This document shows positions 15,001 through 27,031 of a DNA stretch of 64,000 nucleotides, piece after piece. Source of the DNA: Fimbriosthenelais zetlandica. Its lineage: Eukaryota. The stretch covers positions 2,294,001-2,358,000 of the forward strand of contig OZ365116.1 of the NCBI GenBank assembly GCA_977030845.1, read 5' to 3'. Made by a program: the position numbers and the translations under genes. How positions within the stretch are numbered: position 1 is the first letter of the stretch; each line of letters begins with the position of its first letter. The notes below the pieces were generated by a model. It was not told the DNA's origin. It saw only the letters and a list, made by a program, of their open reading frames with translations, and searched no databases.

Positions 15001-18000
15001 CCTACTTACTGAAATATTCACCTCCCAGAGCGTCAGAGGGGACTAATGGTAGATAGTGGAGGGTGGGGCCGTCATTGGAGACCCCACCTATAGGCTGGAC
15101 CAGAGTGGGCATAGGACGGTGGTGGGTGGTGGATTTGATAGGTATTCTTTGTGGAAAATTTTGTAAAAATGTTATAACCAATCAAAATAAAAACAATTAA
15201 AAGCAAGAAAAAGACACTGTGAGTGTTGTTAATGGTACTTAGTATTTAAATGACTGATACAACCAGTGGATATTAATTCTTTACAGAATCATTTTTATAC
15301 CAAAAGATATATAAGCCTCCCATACTGTTTGGTGGAGTATGGACCTATTAGATTTAGTGGAGTGTAGGCCTGAGGTTGATTGGTTTGAACTGAGTAACTC
15401 TGAATACAACCTCCATTTAGCACAGGAGTAGAAAACAGGGTGTAGTCAGATAGAAGGGGTGGAGGGGGAGGAGGGGGTGGAGGGGGTGGAGGGGGAGGAG
15501 GGGGATGGGAGAGGAGGAGAGTGGGGAGAGAGATGGTAGAGATGAAGAGAGACAAGGTGAAGCTTAATGCTCTACGCTACGGTGAGTCATAAAAGACGGA
15601 TCGTGGATCCAGCCTTTGGAAGTGAATGGGGGGAAACAATAATCTTCACGGGTGAACAAAAAATAACAAGTCACAAATCACTAACAAAACTCGTCACTGG
15701 GCGTGCGGTTCAGTGATCGTATCACACACCTTAACGACATCTCCAGCTGCCATAAAACGGCCCGAAATTGGCCACAATCCACCATTAAATTAAAATTATT
15801 GAAATGAACAACCTCGAGAAAAATCAATGATAATTAGTGTTTTCAATGAGCGCGTTTTATGGTCTTGGTTTGTTTGATGAAAATTGAAGGCAATCAATTA
15901 GAAAGATCATTAATTTAAACACATTTTTCACGCTAGGGCAACCGTAATAATTCCCCACCCGCATTCTACAGCCTCCAAACATTTGATCCTTATCGATTTA
16001 TTTTATTTTTAAGTTCTCCAGCAGTGATTTGAATAGTGATCATATTTCTAAATGAATCAGTTTTCTGTTGAAGGGGAGATGATTTAGTGAGACATACAAA
16101 GAGTTTGGTGCTGTGAGGTGTAGGCCTAATGCTCATCTGAAGTGAGCTGATACTTGTATTGACTACGTCTGAACTAAAACCTCACCCAGGCACAAAAGGC
16201 AGGCACTATTTCTCAGATGAAAGCAAGGTTTTCACAAAATGCACAAACCGTAGGTCAGTGAGTGCAGACTACCTGGTGTGCTGACTGACCTAGTGTGACC
16301 CAGCCCGCACTGAAACCCTTTATACCGACACACACAATGTGACAATGGTTTAAACCTCTCCATCTTCTACACTACTGAACATATTCACCGTCAAAACGGA
16401 TTATAAGACTGTCCTAATCTTACCCCTACAGTACTGCCAACACCCTAATGTATGCTAATTTATTCATGACATTCATGTTGCTTGGCTGATGACTTATGTC
16501 CCTTTACAAATGCAAATATCAGTAGCTTATATTTGTGTGGTGGCTGGAGATGTTTCCAGACGCCATTCACACACCTTCCTCACCAAGAAGCGGCGTCGGA
16601 AATGAAGGTCGCTACAAGACTAGATCCCCGTCCCCCGCCACCAGCCTGGCCGAGTATCAGCCTAAAGCCAGTATCCGCACAGAGCCCCCTACAGGAAGTC
16701 CTCAACACTAAGGCCCGCCACGTGGTGGCAATGGAAGCATCTCATTGGCTGAGGGCTTTTGTAGGGACTTCCGGTGCCAGATTGGGACTGGTGAACATGA
16801 CAAGTAATTTACATGTAGAAGGGAAAAGGTGGGAACGTAGACAGGGCTGCCTTCATCTATACCAGCTAGTCTAACGCCCTGCTACTCATACATTACATAC
16901 ATGCATGATTCTCACTGCTAGTAACACAGAAACATACCATTCAGGGGAGGGAATTCAAGATGATGCAAGTCAGCGAATGGTGGAATTATTTAGGGACATT
17001 TCGAATTCTGAGAGAAGACAGGAAATGCCTTGGAATTTTGAAATTTTATTCAATACCAACCCTGTCATTGTTTAGCAGGGTTCAGAGATGGGCAAACTAA
17101 CATTATTGGCATGCCATTATTGGCATTATGAGATGGTGATGATTTGATACCTAGCGTCCACCTTGACCACGTCACAATCATTCTCCATGGTCACCACTAA
17201 TTAGTCACATGACCAGCATACTTGAGTGACGTCATCAGTTTGGTACCCCAGGTCATCAATACAGACTCTGTATTGTCCACTGATTCAGATTAGCCAGCTG
17301 ACTGACCATTACCCTTGACCATTGAAGTTAACAAGCCAACTCCAGCCACTCATGCCAACTGACCATTGTTATAACGGCTTTCATGTCTCTCGGGGGCTTA
17401 ATGTTGCCAGCGGGGGGTGGGGTGGGAAGGGATCAGAAGCTACAGTGTTTAACTTGAATGCGCAAGATCCCTAGTTCAATTACCCAAGGCTGAAGCATTC
17501 TTAGTTGTCTTTCTGAGTTCTCCCCCAGTGCTGCTAACTGAGCTATAGCAAGCCAGCCATTCTCATTGGTGAGAGGCATGTAAAAGGCCAGCCATGTTTC
17601 CTACTGCTTACTGTGAGAGGCATGTGAAAGGCCAGCCATGTCTCTTACTGTTTATAATGAGAGTCTTGTAAAAGAACCATTTCTGGTCATCCAAAAGAGC
17701 AGGACATTGTGTTCAGGTTGATTCCTACTTGATGAGTTGAGATAACAAGTTGATCTGCCCTGAGACAGCAAATTACAGTAACTAATCTGGTACTCCACCT
17801 GTTGCTTGGACTTCTCCAGGTGCCTCCAGCTCTCCAGGGTAAGAGATAGGTTACCATGGAGGCATTGTCTGTGACATGACAAAGATAGGTTACCATTGTC
17901 TGAGACATGACAAAGACAGCGTCTTACAGAACCAAGACGACCAGGTAGAGACGACTCTACCGGTGAGCTAATAAAGTGCTGAGTCATGGCTCCTCCAGGC

Positions 18001-21000
18001 CACCCGTGATTCCTGTAGTCACGCAATCATATACTCAGACTGGAGACTGGTATAAAGTGAAACAATGACAGATCTCACTAAGAAAAACCCAGGAGACTGG
18101 TATAAACTTAGACAATGAGAGATTCCAGTCTGTGCACCTGGGTTAAGTCTATAAGTGTGAGGAGAGAGTGGCAGCTTTCATGAAGTATTGTCTGCTGACA
18201 GGGGATGTCACTGTCTTTAGTGTTAACATAAAGTGATAGAAGTTGGTCTTTGACAGAGCGGGCGTCTTACATAAAGAGAGTGGCAGGTGGGGCCTGGACT
18301 CATCACAAAGCCGTGTTTAAGGTAGATGAGAGTGACATCCCTCCACCCTACCTGGCCGGGGAACGCTACCATTGACAAGGATCAAAAGGTGATCAAACAC
18401 CAGATGGCGCCTCGGTGTTCACGGCCTGGGTCACATGACACACATGTGACAGGAAGTAATGAGAGTGAGAGAGACTGTCTTACATGCATGTCCTGGCTGA
18501 CTGTCTGACATGCTGTCTGTGAGTGTATTATTTATTAAGACAGATCTGTCCATGGCGGGTGAGACTAACCCACATTGACATTCACTTCCTTCCCCTGCAT
18601 GTTTAAATGTAAGGACAGTGACTGATGGGGAGGAGCTGGCTACTAACACATGGGTCTCATCACCCAGGCTTTTATTTAACAAAAGGTGGCCAGTCTGACC
18701 TGTCAAGGATTGGAGGGGGATTGGAGTGGGGGCATTTGATGAGGCTTTGTGGGTATTTACATAGTTTTTAGAAAAAAACATTGAGGTAGCCTATACCATT
18801 TGATGAGGCTTTGTGCCCCCAAAATTTTTCATTCATGGATATATATTTACATATATTATAATTTTTAGAAAAAAACATTGAGGTAGCCTATACCATTCCG
18901 GGCATTGCTTTAGCCTAAGCCTACGGTTGTACAATGTCCCGCATGTATCCAGGCACAATGAACTGTTTCCATATACTACTACTTACATACTGAGATCCTA
19001 CATACAAAGATACACTACAAGAAGTACACTCGGGAGCTCCAAAAGTGACCTACATATAGGCGTAATGCATTCATTGTAATACCTGCATGTACCCAGGGAC
19101 AATGGTCTATTTCCATGTACTACTACTTACATACTAACATACCAAATTCTACACTAACTTATGAGTAGGTAAAACTCAGTATGTCCACAAAGGACCGAGT
19201 CAGGAATGCATTAATCGTAACTCACCTCGCTCTCATGTACATCTTCGTTTGGAGTGAGCAGGTCAAACTTGGTCATACCATCAGGATCCACAATCACGGG
19301 GGTCTGGAGACAAAATCACACCAGACATTAATACCTGAGGCTTTCAAAATGTCCTCTATATCCTTTAGATCCCCTCACAAAACATACTTAAAAAGAACGC
19401 CCTGAGTTGAAGGATACATTTTGAAATATAAAGCTGGGCAATGAATTAAAATAATTTTATGATAAGTATGATAATTTGTAAATCAGATGGCTTTATTTCA
19501 GGTAGTAATAGGTATTTTAGCTTTTCTCCTCTACAATATTGAGATACAGGCATGCATTTACTTCTATTCACCGTGTTTCGGGTTGTACATGTATCACGCA
19601 TATAGATTGTGTCAAATGTTCACATGTGAAATGTTTTTTCACTGAAGACAATGAATTTCTGACCCATACCGGCTGAAATCCATCGCTTCTAGCCAAAATT
19701 AAACCCGAATTAAATTATAAAATCTCGAAATGACTGAAACCAAAATACTTTGATAATGTATATGTATGGGAGTGTGGGGGGACTGCCACTATCTAATATA
19801 GTACACAGAAATCACAACATAACCGTTATCTCCTAATTCTTACCGCTTCCTCTGGATCTAAACCCTGTTAGAAAATCACCGAACTTTTTATCAAGAAATA
19901 CAATTTTTAAACCCATATTTAGCCTCGATCACACTTTATATTTGATCAAGTAATAGAAAGTGATGGAATCGTAATAATATTGAAAGGTGCGTTGATTTAA
20001 ATGATTTTATGTTAGCTTAGGTACTTAGTTTATAGATGAGATGAGATTTGACCACCGTACCTTCTCTGTAATGAAGTCTTGAGGTCGCTTCCAGTGGTCC
20101 ACCCTCACTGACGGCGGTAGTTCTACTTTACCCTCAGGATCATCAAAGAAATGCTGCACCTAATAACAGCAGAGAATATTAACATTATAATCAAATTACA
20201 AATATAACTAGTGTATAGGAAGATCCCTAAACCCAGGAATTAATAATAAGTAGATGTGAATAAATAGATGTGATGTGTTGGCACAGAATAAGACATATCT
20301 GAACTTCACGCTACATTATTAATATTATAGTAGGAATCTTTATTATATTTTGTCAGCGCGCTTTTTGGTTGAAAATGGAGATAATTATATTGCAATAGTT
20401 AGTTAATATGAACGATAACTCTTGATCGAGTCAATTGATTTTCTTTTGAAGATTTCCAAATCACCACTAATACTTGTTCCTAGATGTATCTGGAAATTTT
20501 TGATAGTTAGTGGCATTGCATCTAATCTACGTGAAGTGAGAATTTCTAGATCTCTAAAAGTCTTCAAAACTTAACAGTTTCTATCACGCCAAACAGATTC
20601 TGAAATGAACTACCAGACAGTATTTTAGTCGGATATTTAGGGAAGCATTTATTGGGAGAGTTCATGTGAGGTATTCATTGGTGGAGGGTTAAGTACATGT
20701 GGTAGGTAGGTAGGTATATGTATAATAAATGTACTTTTTATTATTATCATAATGCTAAGACAAGCGTCTAATATGCATTATGAATGTGACACTTATCTAA
20801 AGAGGAATAATGAAGATTTGATTCGAGGATCAAGTCAATATCTAATTTAAAATAGAAATTTTAAAAGTGCAGTTGTTTTGCGGAATTGCTTAATTCCATT
20901 TTGTGATAGCTATTAGCAAAGACTTGCAAATTAATGTAAAGAAAATTGTAGTAAGATTTCCTAAATAGAAGCGATAGTATGGCGTAAGTAGATTAAGTAT

Positions 21001-24000
21001 AAAAGCGTTATTTAGTTGTGAATGTGGTGGGATTAGACTTACCAACAGACACAGGATGGGGTTTGTTTAGGGTTGGAAGGTCAACGGGTGCCGAGGGGAA
21101 CAGAGAATAGAGTCAAAAGTGTCAAAAATCAGTTACACGACTTAAATTCTCATCAAATTAGTCCTCAGTTACACTTAACAATATTTAGATCATTATCAAA
21201 ATTAAAAGAAAATTTCCAAAATCCTCAAAAATTGCTACGATAAGAGAGAAGCTAGGGTATTGATAAGTTCATAGTTTATTATTTGAAGTGTTGTACGAGT
21301 TCTCTTGTATTTCTCACTGAAATAAGTTTGTCTTTGCCAATATCAAGTGATGTGGCCATTTATATAAGAGTGATGATATTTTTTTTACTTTTCTATTTGT
21401 TGAATAGAGAAGATCATGCTTTGTCCACAATATATTTCATGACAGTGTAGGCCCTGTATGAACAACAGTGATTATTTCTATATTATTTAAATTATATTTT
21501 CAAACTATTTATAATACAAAATTAAATAATTATACTTTCAATGTCAGGTCACATAAAGGGTAGACATGCACATTCATGAAAACATATATACACACAACTA
21601 GACATGCATTTATAAGGTGATTGTGGAGAATTCGATTCGAAATCCATGTTTAATCTTTAATATAATTGGAATAATGTACATTCACTGAGTGACGTTTGGT
21701 ATTAGTGTACTGATCACTGTAGCGAGGCATATTTGTATGGTACCAGTTTAAGCCTAGTTCTTTAGAAACTCTAGGGTCCTGGGTTCGAATCCCGGTCTGG
21801 ACACCAACACTATTTTTGTCACTCTGGATCATTACAGTTGAGGATTTTGTGTGAATATTGTGTGAATTATACATTCAAACTAAAGGGTTGTTAGGAGGGG
21901 AGGATCTGAGACTGAGGGATTTAGTAGCAAACGAGCACCACTTGCCTTCAATATATATACAACATACTCTAAAAATAACACAAGGATGTTTTAGAACGAG
22001 TCAAAATCATCAAAACATCAGATCTTTACATTCAGGTTCTCTATTAGACATACCATGGCTGTACCTTTTATATAGATATATAGATATATAGTTCCAATTT
22101 GATTTTTCTCATGACAACTATTGAAATGACTTAGTCCACTTACCACCGGGGATTTTCCCTTTTCCTTTTCCTTTCCTTTATGAGCCACATCCTGTAGAGA
22201 AAGATCAAGAAAGAAAGTTAAGAGATGAAGCCTGTGTCTGTACTATCAGTAATGTCTCACATCTAGATCTACTAATGGCTAACTATAATATAAACATGAA
22301 CTTTAGGCCATCATGATGAGCCACATCTCTCTCTCTCCAGGTCTCAATGTCCCTGTGATCATGATCACTCCATGAATAAATCACACTAATTGTTACCTCC
22401 ACTCCCACCTCTCACTCCTCATGGCTAAAAGACCACTTACCGGGACAGTTAGCCAAGGTATCTCCCAGACTCACTGGTGAAAACAGTGTAATACCATTAA
22501 ACCACCATCCCCTAAAGCGACCATCTCACTATGTGACCACTAAATTATCAGAACCAAATGTTTTAACACCACTAAGACATACTCACTAAAGCGACCATCT
22601 CACTATGTGACCACTAAATGACCAGAACCAAATGTTTTAATACCATTGAGACATACTCACTAAAGCGACCATGTCACTATGTGACCACTAATTGGTCAGA
22701 ACCAAATGTTTTAATACCACTAAATAACCAGGGCCACTACTTAGTCTACTAAGACATGCCCACTAAAGTGACCATCTTCAATAGATCTATACGACTACAA
22801 TTAGGTGAGTCTGCATGGATGGTCGCTTTAGAGAGAGCTAACTGTATGCTATATGTAAGGTGAGGTAAGTGAGGGGTTGACATGACTCGTCTGGTCGCTT
22901 TAGAGAGAGCTAACTGTATGCTATATGTAAGGTGAGGTAAGTGAGGGGTTGACATGGCTCGTCTGGTCGCTTTAGAGAAAGCTAACTGTATGCTATATGT
23001 AAGGTGAGGTAAGTGAGGGGTTGACATGGCTCGTCTGGTCGTTTTAGAGAGAGCTAACTGTATGCTATATGTAAGGTGAGTGGAGTGAGGGGTTGACATG
23101 GCTCGTCTGGTCGCTTTAGAGAGTGCTAACTGTATGCTATATGTAAGGTGAGGTAAGTGAGGGGTTGATATGGCTCGTCTGGTCGCTTTAGAGAGAGCTA
23201 ACTGTATGCTATATGTAAGGTGAGGTAAGTGAGAGGTTGACATGGCTCGTCTGGTCGCTTTAGAGAGAGCTAACTGTATGCTATATGTAAGGTGAGTGGA
23301 GTGAGGGGTTGACATGGCTCGTCTGGTCGTATTAATGGTGACCCATCTCATATAAATGACGCCTGTAGTTAGAAGCGTCAGGCTGGCGAGGCGCCTATAA
23401 AACACATCTAATGCTCTCAGGTTCACCTGATCATTCTACAGTCATTCCCCGCTAGTAATGCTCACTAATGTAATGCTTACTTCACACGAATCACCGACAA
23501 TCTCACATATAGTTCTAGCGACCAGAGAGAAAAGAGAAGCGGAGAGAAGTGGAGCGGGGGAAGAGGTAATGAGAGAGAGGAAAGCAAGAGAGAAGTGGGA
23601 TGGAGATAGAAAGAGTGAGATGCGAGAATGAGAGAGAGAATAAGCGAGTCTAGATGAGAGAATGGGAGAGAAAAATTAGAGAATGGGAGACACAAAACTG
23701 AAAAGAATGTGAGATAGAGAAGAAAATGGTAGAGGTCGAGAGAGGAGAAGGGGAAAGAGGAGAGAGAAGAGAATAAAAAAGAAGGCGGTCCCCATTTTCA
23801 GTCAGTGATAATAAGTGGTGGTGATGGAGTGAGGTTGGGATGACCACGGGCTATCTGATAGTCAGTAAATGTGGTGCTTGGTCAATTAGTGGTCAACATA
23901 AAGTCTGATTACCTGGGCCAGGTGTGTTATACCTAATATGTCCATCTCTCCCTCTCTCTCTCTCTCTAACTCCCCCCCCCCCTCTCTCTCTCTCTCTCCC

Positions 24001-26503
24001 TCCCTCCATCTCTCTCTCCCTCTCTCTAACTCTCTCTCTCTCCCTCTAACTCCCCCTCTCTCTCTCTCTCTCCCTCCCTCCATCTCTCTCTCCCTCTCTC
24101 TAACTCTCTCTCTCCCTCTAACTCCCCCCTCTCTCTCTCTCTGTCTCCCACTCTCTCTCTCTCTGTCTCTCTCTCTGACCGTCCCGCTCTACACTATAAT
24201 GTACATATACTAGTGACCACCATCTCTATAGCTTCATACACCGACCACCCACATACATGTACCGTCTGTCCCTATTACAAAAAACGCATGGATTTTGGAC
24301 GCGAATTTACACAGAACGCCAGACAAATTATATAATTAATTAATTCAAAAATGCTAGCCAATACTATATACCGGTATGTATAATACTATAATTATAACAC
24401 ATACTTTACATGCACTCTCACAGACAAATTACTGCAATGGGGCAAAGGCCCCCCTGGTTTTTTCACGAACCCTCGCATTTTTCATGGTAATGAATGGACG
24501 AACAATGATTTAATATATAAATTTATACTGGTTTAAACCATGTGGAAACTATAATATGGAGATTGTAATTTAGTAAATATAAGATATAAAATATTTCTCA
24601 CCCATTTCTCGGCGTTGACGTCCGCGTCGGACCAGTCCGGCCATATTACAAAGCGTGCAGTCTTCCTATCTCCTGTACCCACACTGGCCGCTATAGACGC
24701 CGCCCTGGTGAGTAAATCACGTACTATTAATACATTATACAGGGCCAGGAAGGGGCTTTACAGTAAGACAACAATTTAAGGTCATCTCAAAATGAATGCT
24801 GGACCTTAACAATCGATCACCCCGCCAATACTAGACGGAGAAACACGAGAGGACTTCTATGTAGATCCTTTCCTTAAATTATAGTTTTCTATAGACTTGA
24901 TTGTGCAAGTCTATGATTCTTTGATTTTGTTCAGTAATGAGACCTTTCCCATCTCGACTGAGGAATCAGACCATCCAGGGTAGATGGGAGGAGAAAGAGG
25001 GCTGATGTCACAGGGTCGAGCGCTCGTCTAAGTTGTCTAGTCTTTATAGTTTTCTTTAGAACTACAGTTTTTCTCTCCATCCGCGTCCGGTTTTCTCAAT
25101 TTGAACTATAATTTGCCCTCACACTTCTCAATTCCATATCTCTTTCTTCCCTGTCTACATCCCCCACAACCCAACCTCACCCCTACTCCAATATTAAATA
25201 TAATATTATTAACTTGGTAGACATTTTCTCCACTCTTGTATGATTAATATATGACCGAATTCCAACATCTAAAAACGACTTATTATAACAGTATATTTTA
25301 ATATGGCCATTGAAATAGTTGAAAAGCATGGGAATAATTGTACGCTCACACTTATTGTATAGAGGCCTTAATTAGCTTTAATTACGAGTATGCTCTATAT
25401 ACAGTGAGTGTTAACTTTACTGTAAGGCTCAGGCTTTAGTAAAGGCTTAGTCAGGCTTTACTCGTTGGTTTAAGTCCATTTACTACTAGTAACTAGCTAT
25501 CACAGTCAGCCAGAACTCCAGCAAAGCTAATAGAAACCTGTTACAAACAAATAATTTAATACTGTTAAGTTTATGCACTCACTGCCCTCTAGGCTCTAGA
25601 TCTAAAGACTGGTACGGTGCTTTATGAGATTAATTAGCTTCTAACTAAGCGAACATACATTAAAACAAAATAAAGGATATTATAGCTAAATATATTAATA
25701 CCTTTATGATTATTCTTAAAACATAGAAACCAGAGTCATATATTTTAGGGGACGAACATGGTTCTTATGGCATGATATTGACTTATTATACAATAATAAT
25801 AATTTTGTGGTATAGATACGGAATATTATATGTCCAAAAATATATAACGACAGTCGGACTTATTATATATATAGCCTAGATCCCTCTATTACTAGAGTCT
25901 ATTCACTGGTCAACACTTTTAATATGAATCATGTGAATGATTATGATCGATTATGAGTCACACACAATAATTTGTCCCTTTCAAGATTAAATAGTTAGAC
26001 TTAGAGGCTACACGTGCACATCACTCAGTAGGTCACAGATGGAATAATCTAAACCTATATAATTAGTAATGATACGTTTCTTGTTATAACTTGTATGGGG
26101 TCTACTAGCCGGTATAGGAGTAAGGCATGCCTAGCCTCTGCCACAACCAAAACAAAATAATAACAGATCATGCACCAAGAAGATAGCCACGCCCCCTTTT
26201 CTGGATCTCTCTTCCAGGGGCTCAGGCACCGGCAGCCAGACCTTTTAACGTATTATACTATTAAACGTAGGCAAAAACCTACTTATTTTCTGGGATACAT
26301 TTTCGGTTTAGTCTGATAAGCAAATTGAAGACTTGAGAAGGCTAACAAATAAACATGAGATCTATTATAGAGCGGGAATGGGCGCCATGTTTCTTGTTGC
26401 CATCCAAACGTAAACAAAAAGAGGGGCGTGGCACTTACTCTTTATTTGTGGCTGATCCTGCTCGGTTAGATGACTGGGTTTTCTTTGCCCCTTTAGAAGC
26501 CAT
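2956..26503 (-). CDS. ADGB: Androglobin gene, 5' portion (7 coding exons, N-terminal calpain-like domain); continues beyond window start
   Basis: Manual splicing of 26503-26439, 24704-24602, 22191-22144, 20159-20061, 19303-19226, 3798-3583 and 3095-2956 (all GT-AG, 749 nt in one frame) gives MASKGAKK...FVIWPDWSDADVNAEKW-DVAHKGKEKEKGKSPV-VQHFFDDPEGKVELPP...WKRPQDF...FDLLTPNE...LLRWITSQIYALW...WRPWEHIY...YNPHGKYVVKLYWM-GRWRKITIDD...ELWPMLLTKALIK. This is collinear with the vertebrate ADGB N-terminus as recalled (WPEW, HFFEDPEGKIELPP, WKRPQD, GKYVVKLYWMGCWRKITIDD, ELWPMLLSKAIIK). Confidence 0.95.
3084..3245. repeat. 59-60 bp x~3 tandem repeat including the ADGB splice acceptor
   Basis: CCTCCACCGTCCCTACAAACAATCCATCATTAA repeated three times. 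Confidence 0.95.
3583..3798 (-). CDS. ADGB: Androglobin exon (LLRWITSQIYALW...GKYVVKLYWM)
   Basis: gttattttcAG acceptor, ATG|GTCAGT donor, 216 nt; overlaps supplied ORF 3565..3756. Confidence 0.95.
3860..4255. repeat. Diverged minisatellite of about 50 bp
   Basis: GAAAGTACATAG..GAGGGAAG.AGGC...TCTCCAGGCAAATAT units. Confidence 0.8.
4815..4890 (-). mobile_element. Degenerate inverted remnant of the same MITE
   Basis: GTCCAAGGCCTTAAGGCCGTCCTCCA is the reverse complement of the MITE core; partial TIR (CAGCAGTGGA) follows. Confidence 0.55.
8571..8690. repeat. 40 bp x3 tandem repeat
   Basis: AGATCTCAATATAAGATGTTATGTGTGGGGCTGGCTTTGT. Confidence 0.9.
12001..12450. mobile_element. Same MITE family, internal units in opposite orientation
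   Basis: TA|CAGTAGGATCTTACTAAG left end; repeated GTGAGATGGTCGCTTTAGTGAG units. Confidence 0.55.
12692..12840. repeat. 23 bp x~6-7 minisatellite
   Basis: TACAGGTGTGACATT(A/C)ATGTCTG. Confidence 0.9.
14530..14647. mobile_element. Foldback (palindromic) element
   Basis: TAGACCCTTTGTTGGTT...CCCGTCTAGTGCGTA..TATACTC pairs with GAGTATATACGCACTAGACGGG...AACCAACAAAGGGTCTA around a GCGCGTGAGCGCG centre. Confidence 0.6.
16584..16790 (-). promoter_or_regulatory. Intronic promoter-like element with candidate non-coding exon
   Basis: Two minus-strand CCAAT boxes (16744, 16781), ETS ACTTCCGGT (16767), E-box CACGTG (16719), CpG-rich; TTG|GTGAGG donor at 16583. Confidence 0.4.
19226..19303 (-). CDS. ADGB: Androglobin exon (TPVIVDPDGMTKFDLLTPNEDVHESE)
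   Basis: ttttgtctccAG acceptor, GAG|GTGAGT donor, 78 nt. Confidence 0.93.
20061..20159 (-). CDS. ADGB: Androglobin exon (VQHFFDDPEGKVELPPSVRVDHWKRPQDFITEK)
   Basis: ttattAG acceptor, AAG|GTACGG donor, 99 nt. Confidence 0.95.
21740..21806 (+). pseudogene. Degenerate tRNA-like sequence / SINE head
   Basis: T-arm CTGGG-TTCGAAT-CCCGG (B box), 3' strand TCTGGACA followed by CCA; no recognisable D arm. Confidence 0.45.
22144..22191 (-). CDS. ADGB: Androglobin 48-nt exon (DVAHKGKEKEKGKSPV)
   Basis: ctttctctacAG acceptor, GTG|GTAAGT donor, phase 0-0. Confidence 0.9.
22484..22844. mobile_element. Same mariner-type MITE family
   Basis: Three internal GCGACCATCTCACTATGTGACCAC units; right end GGTCGCTTTAGAGAGAGCTAACTG|TA. 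Confidence 0.6.
22821..23330. repeat. 72 bp x7 minisatellite built from a MITE right end plus flank
   Basis: GGTCGCTTTAGAGAGAGCTAACTGTATGCTATATGTAAGGTGAGGTAAGTGAGGGGTTGACATGGCTCGTCT; explains spurious ORF 22749..23426. Confidence 0.95.
23520..24180. repeat. GA-rich and CT-rich low-complexity tracts
   Basis: (GA)n-like 23520-23790 and (CT)n-like 23945-24180. Confidence 0.85.
24602..24704 (-). CDS. ADGB: Androglobin coding exon (..ARFVIWPDWSDADVNAEKW)
   Basis: ctcaccAG acceptor, TGG|GTGAG donor, 103 nt; enters in phase 2. Confidence 0.92.
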
Positions 26504-26680
26504 ATCGGCGCGTTATCCGTGAGGTTTCTGATTAATGTGTCCCTGTCAGAGTGAGGGGACGGAGTGGTAAGTTGCTAAGTTAAGCAACTTAAGGACGCGG
26601 CTGGTCTCCACATGGGTAACACGCATGCGTCGTGAGTACACGCACCTGTCTCCAGGTGGCGCATGAGGTGCGGGGTAGTT
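26396..26680 (-). promoter_or_regulatory. ADGB proximal promoter/first-intron region with RFX-like, forkhead and NRF1-like motifs
   Basis: CpG-enriched. GTTGCTAAGTTAAGCAAC at 26571, ATGGGTAAC at 26612, CGCATGCG at 26622; GTTGCCATCCAAAC and GTAAACA at 26396-26416. Confidence 0.5.
26439..26503 (-). CDS. ADGB: Androglobin canonical first coding exon (MASKGAKKTQSSNRAGSATNK, phase-2 donor)
   Basis: ATG at 26503; AAAGA|GTAAGT donor at 26438; 65 nt; resembles the recalled vertebrate exon 1 (MASKQTKKK...KSKD). Confidence 0.85.
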
Positions 26681-27031
26681 AGTCTAAAGGCCGTCAGATG
26701 GCAGGGCAGGACGGGGAGGGGAGTTAATAGGAAAGGGATGTAGCCTAATGTTTCATTAATTTTTCAGATCCTAAAATAGCCTAGGGGGCCTTACTAAAAT
26801 AAAAAGATCAGGATAAGCCTATCTATTATAGGATCCTATCTAGGCCTAGGCTTTCTATGCCTAGGCCTTCTAGGCCTATAGGCTAGGCCTAAGCATAGGC
26901 ATAGCCTAATTATTAAAGGCAGAGGCATAGGCTATTGCTTGCGACACATTAAAAACATAGTTTCTGATATTTTAAGGAATTAATAAGTTAACCTCAGTAA
27001 ATATGGAATGATAATAAATTCCAGCCCTCAC

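Noticed and set aside
22749-23426. 225-aa ORF
   Set aside because: Translation of the 72-bp satellite (multiple of 3), not a gene.
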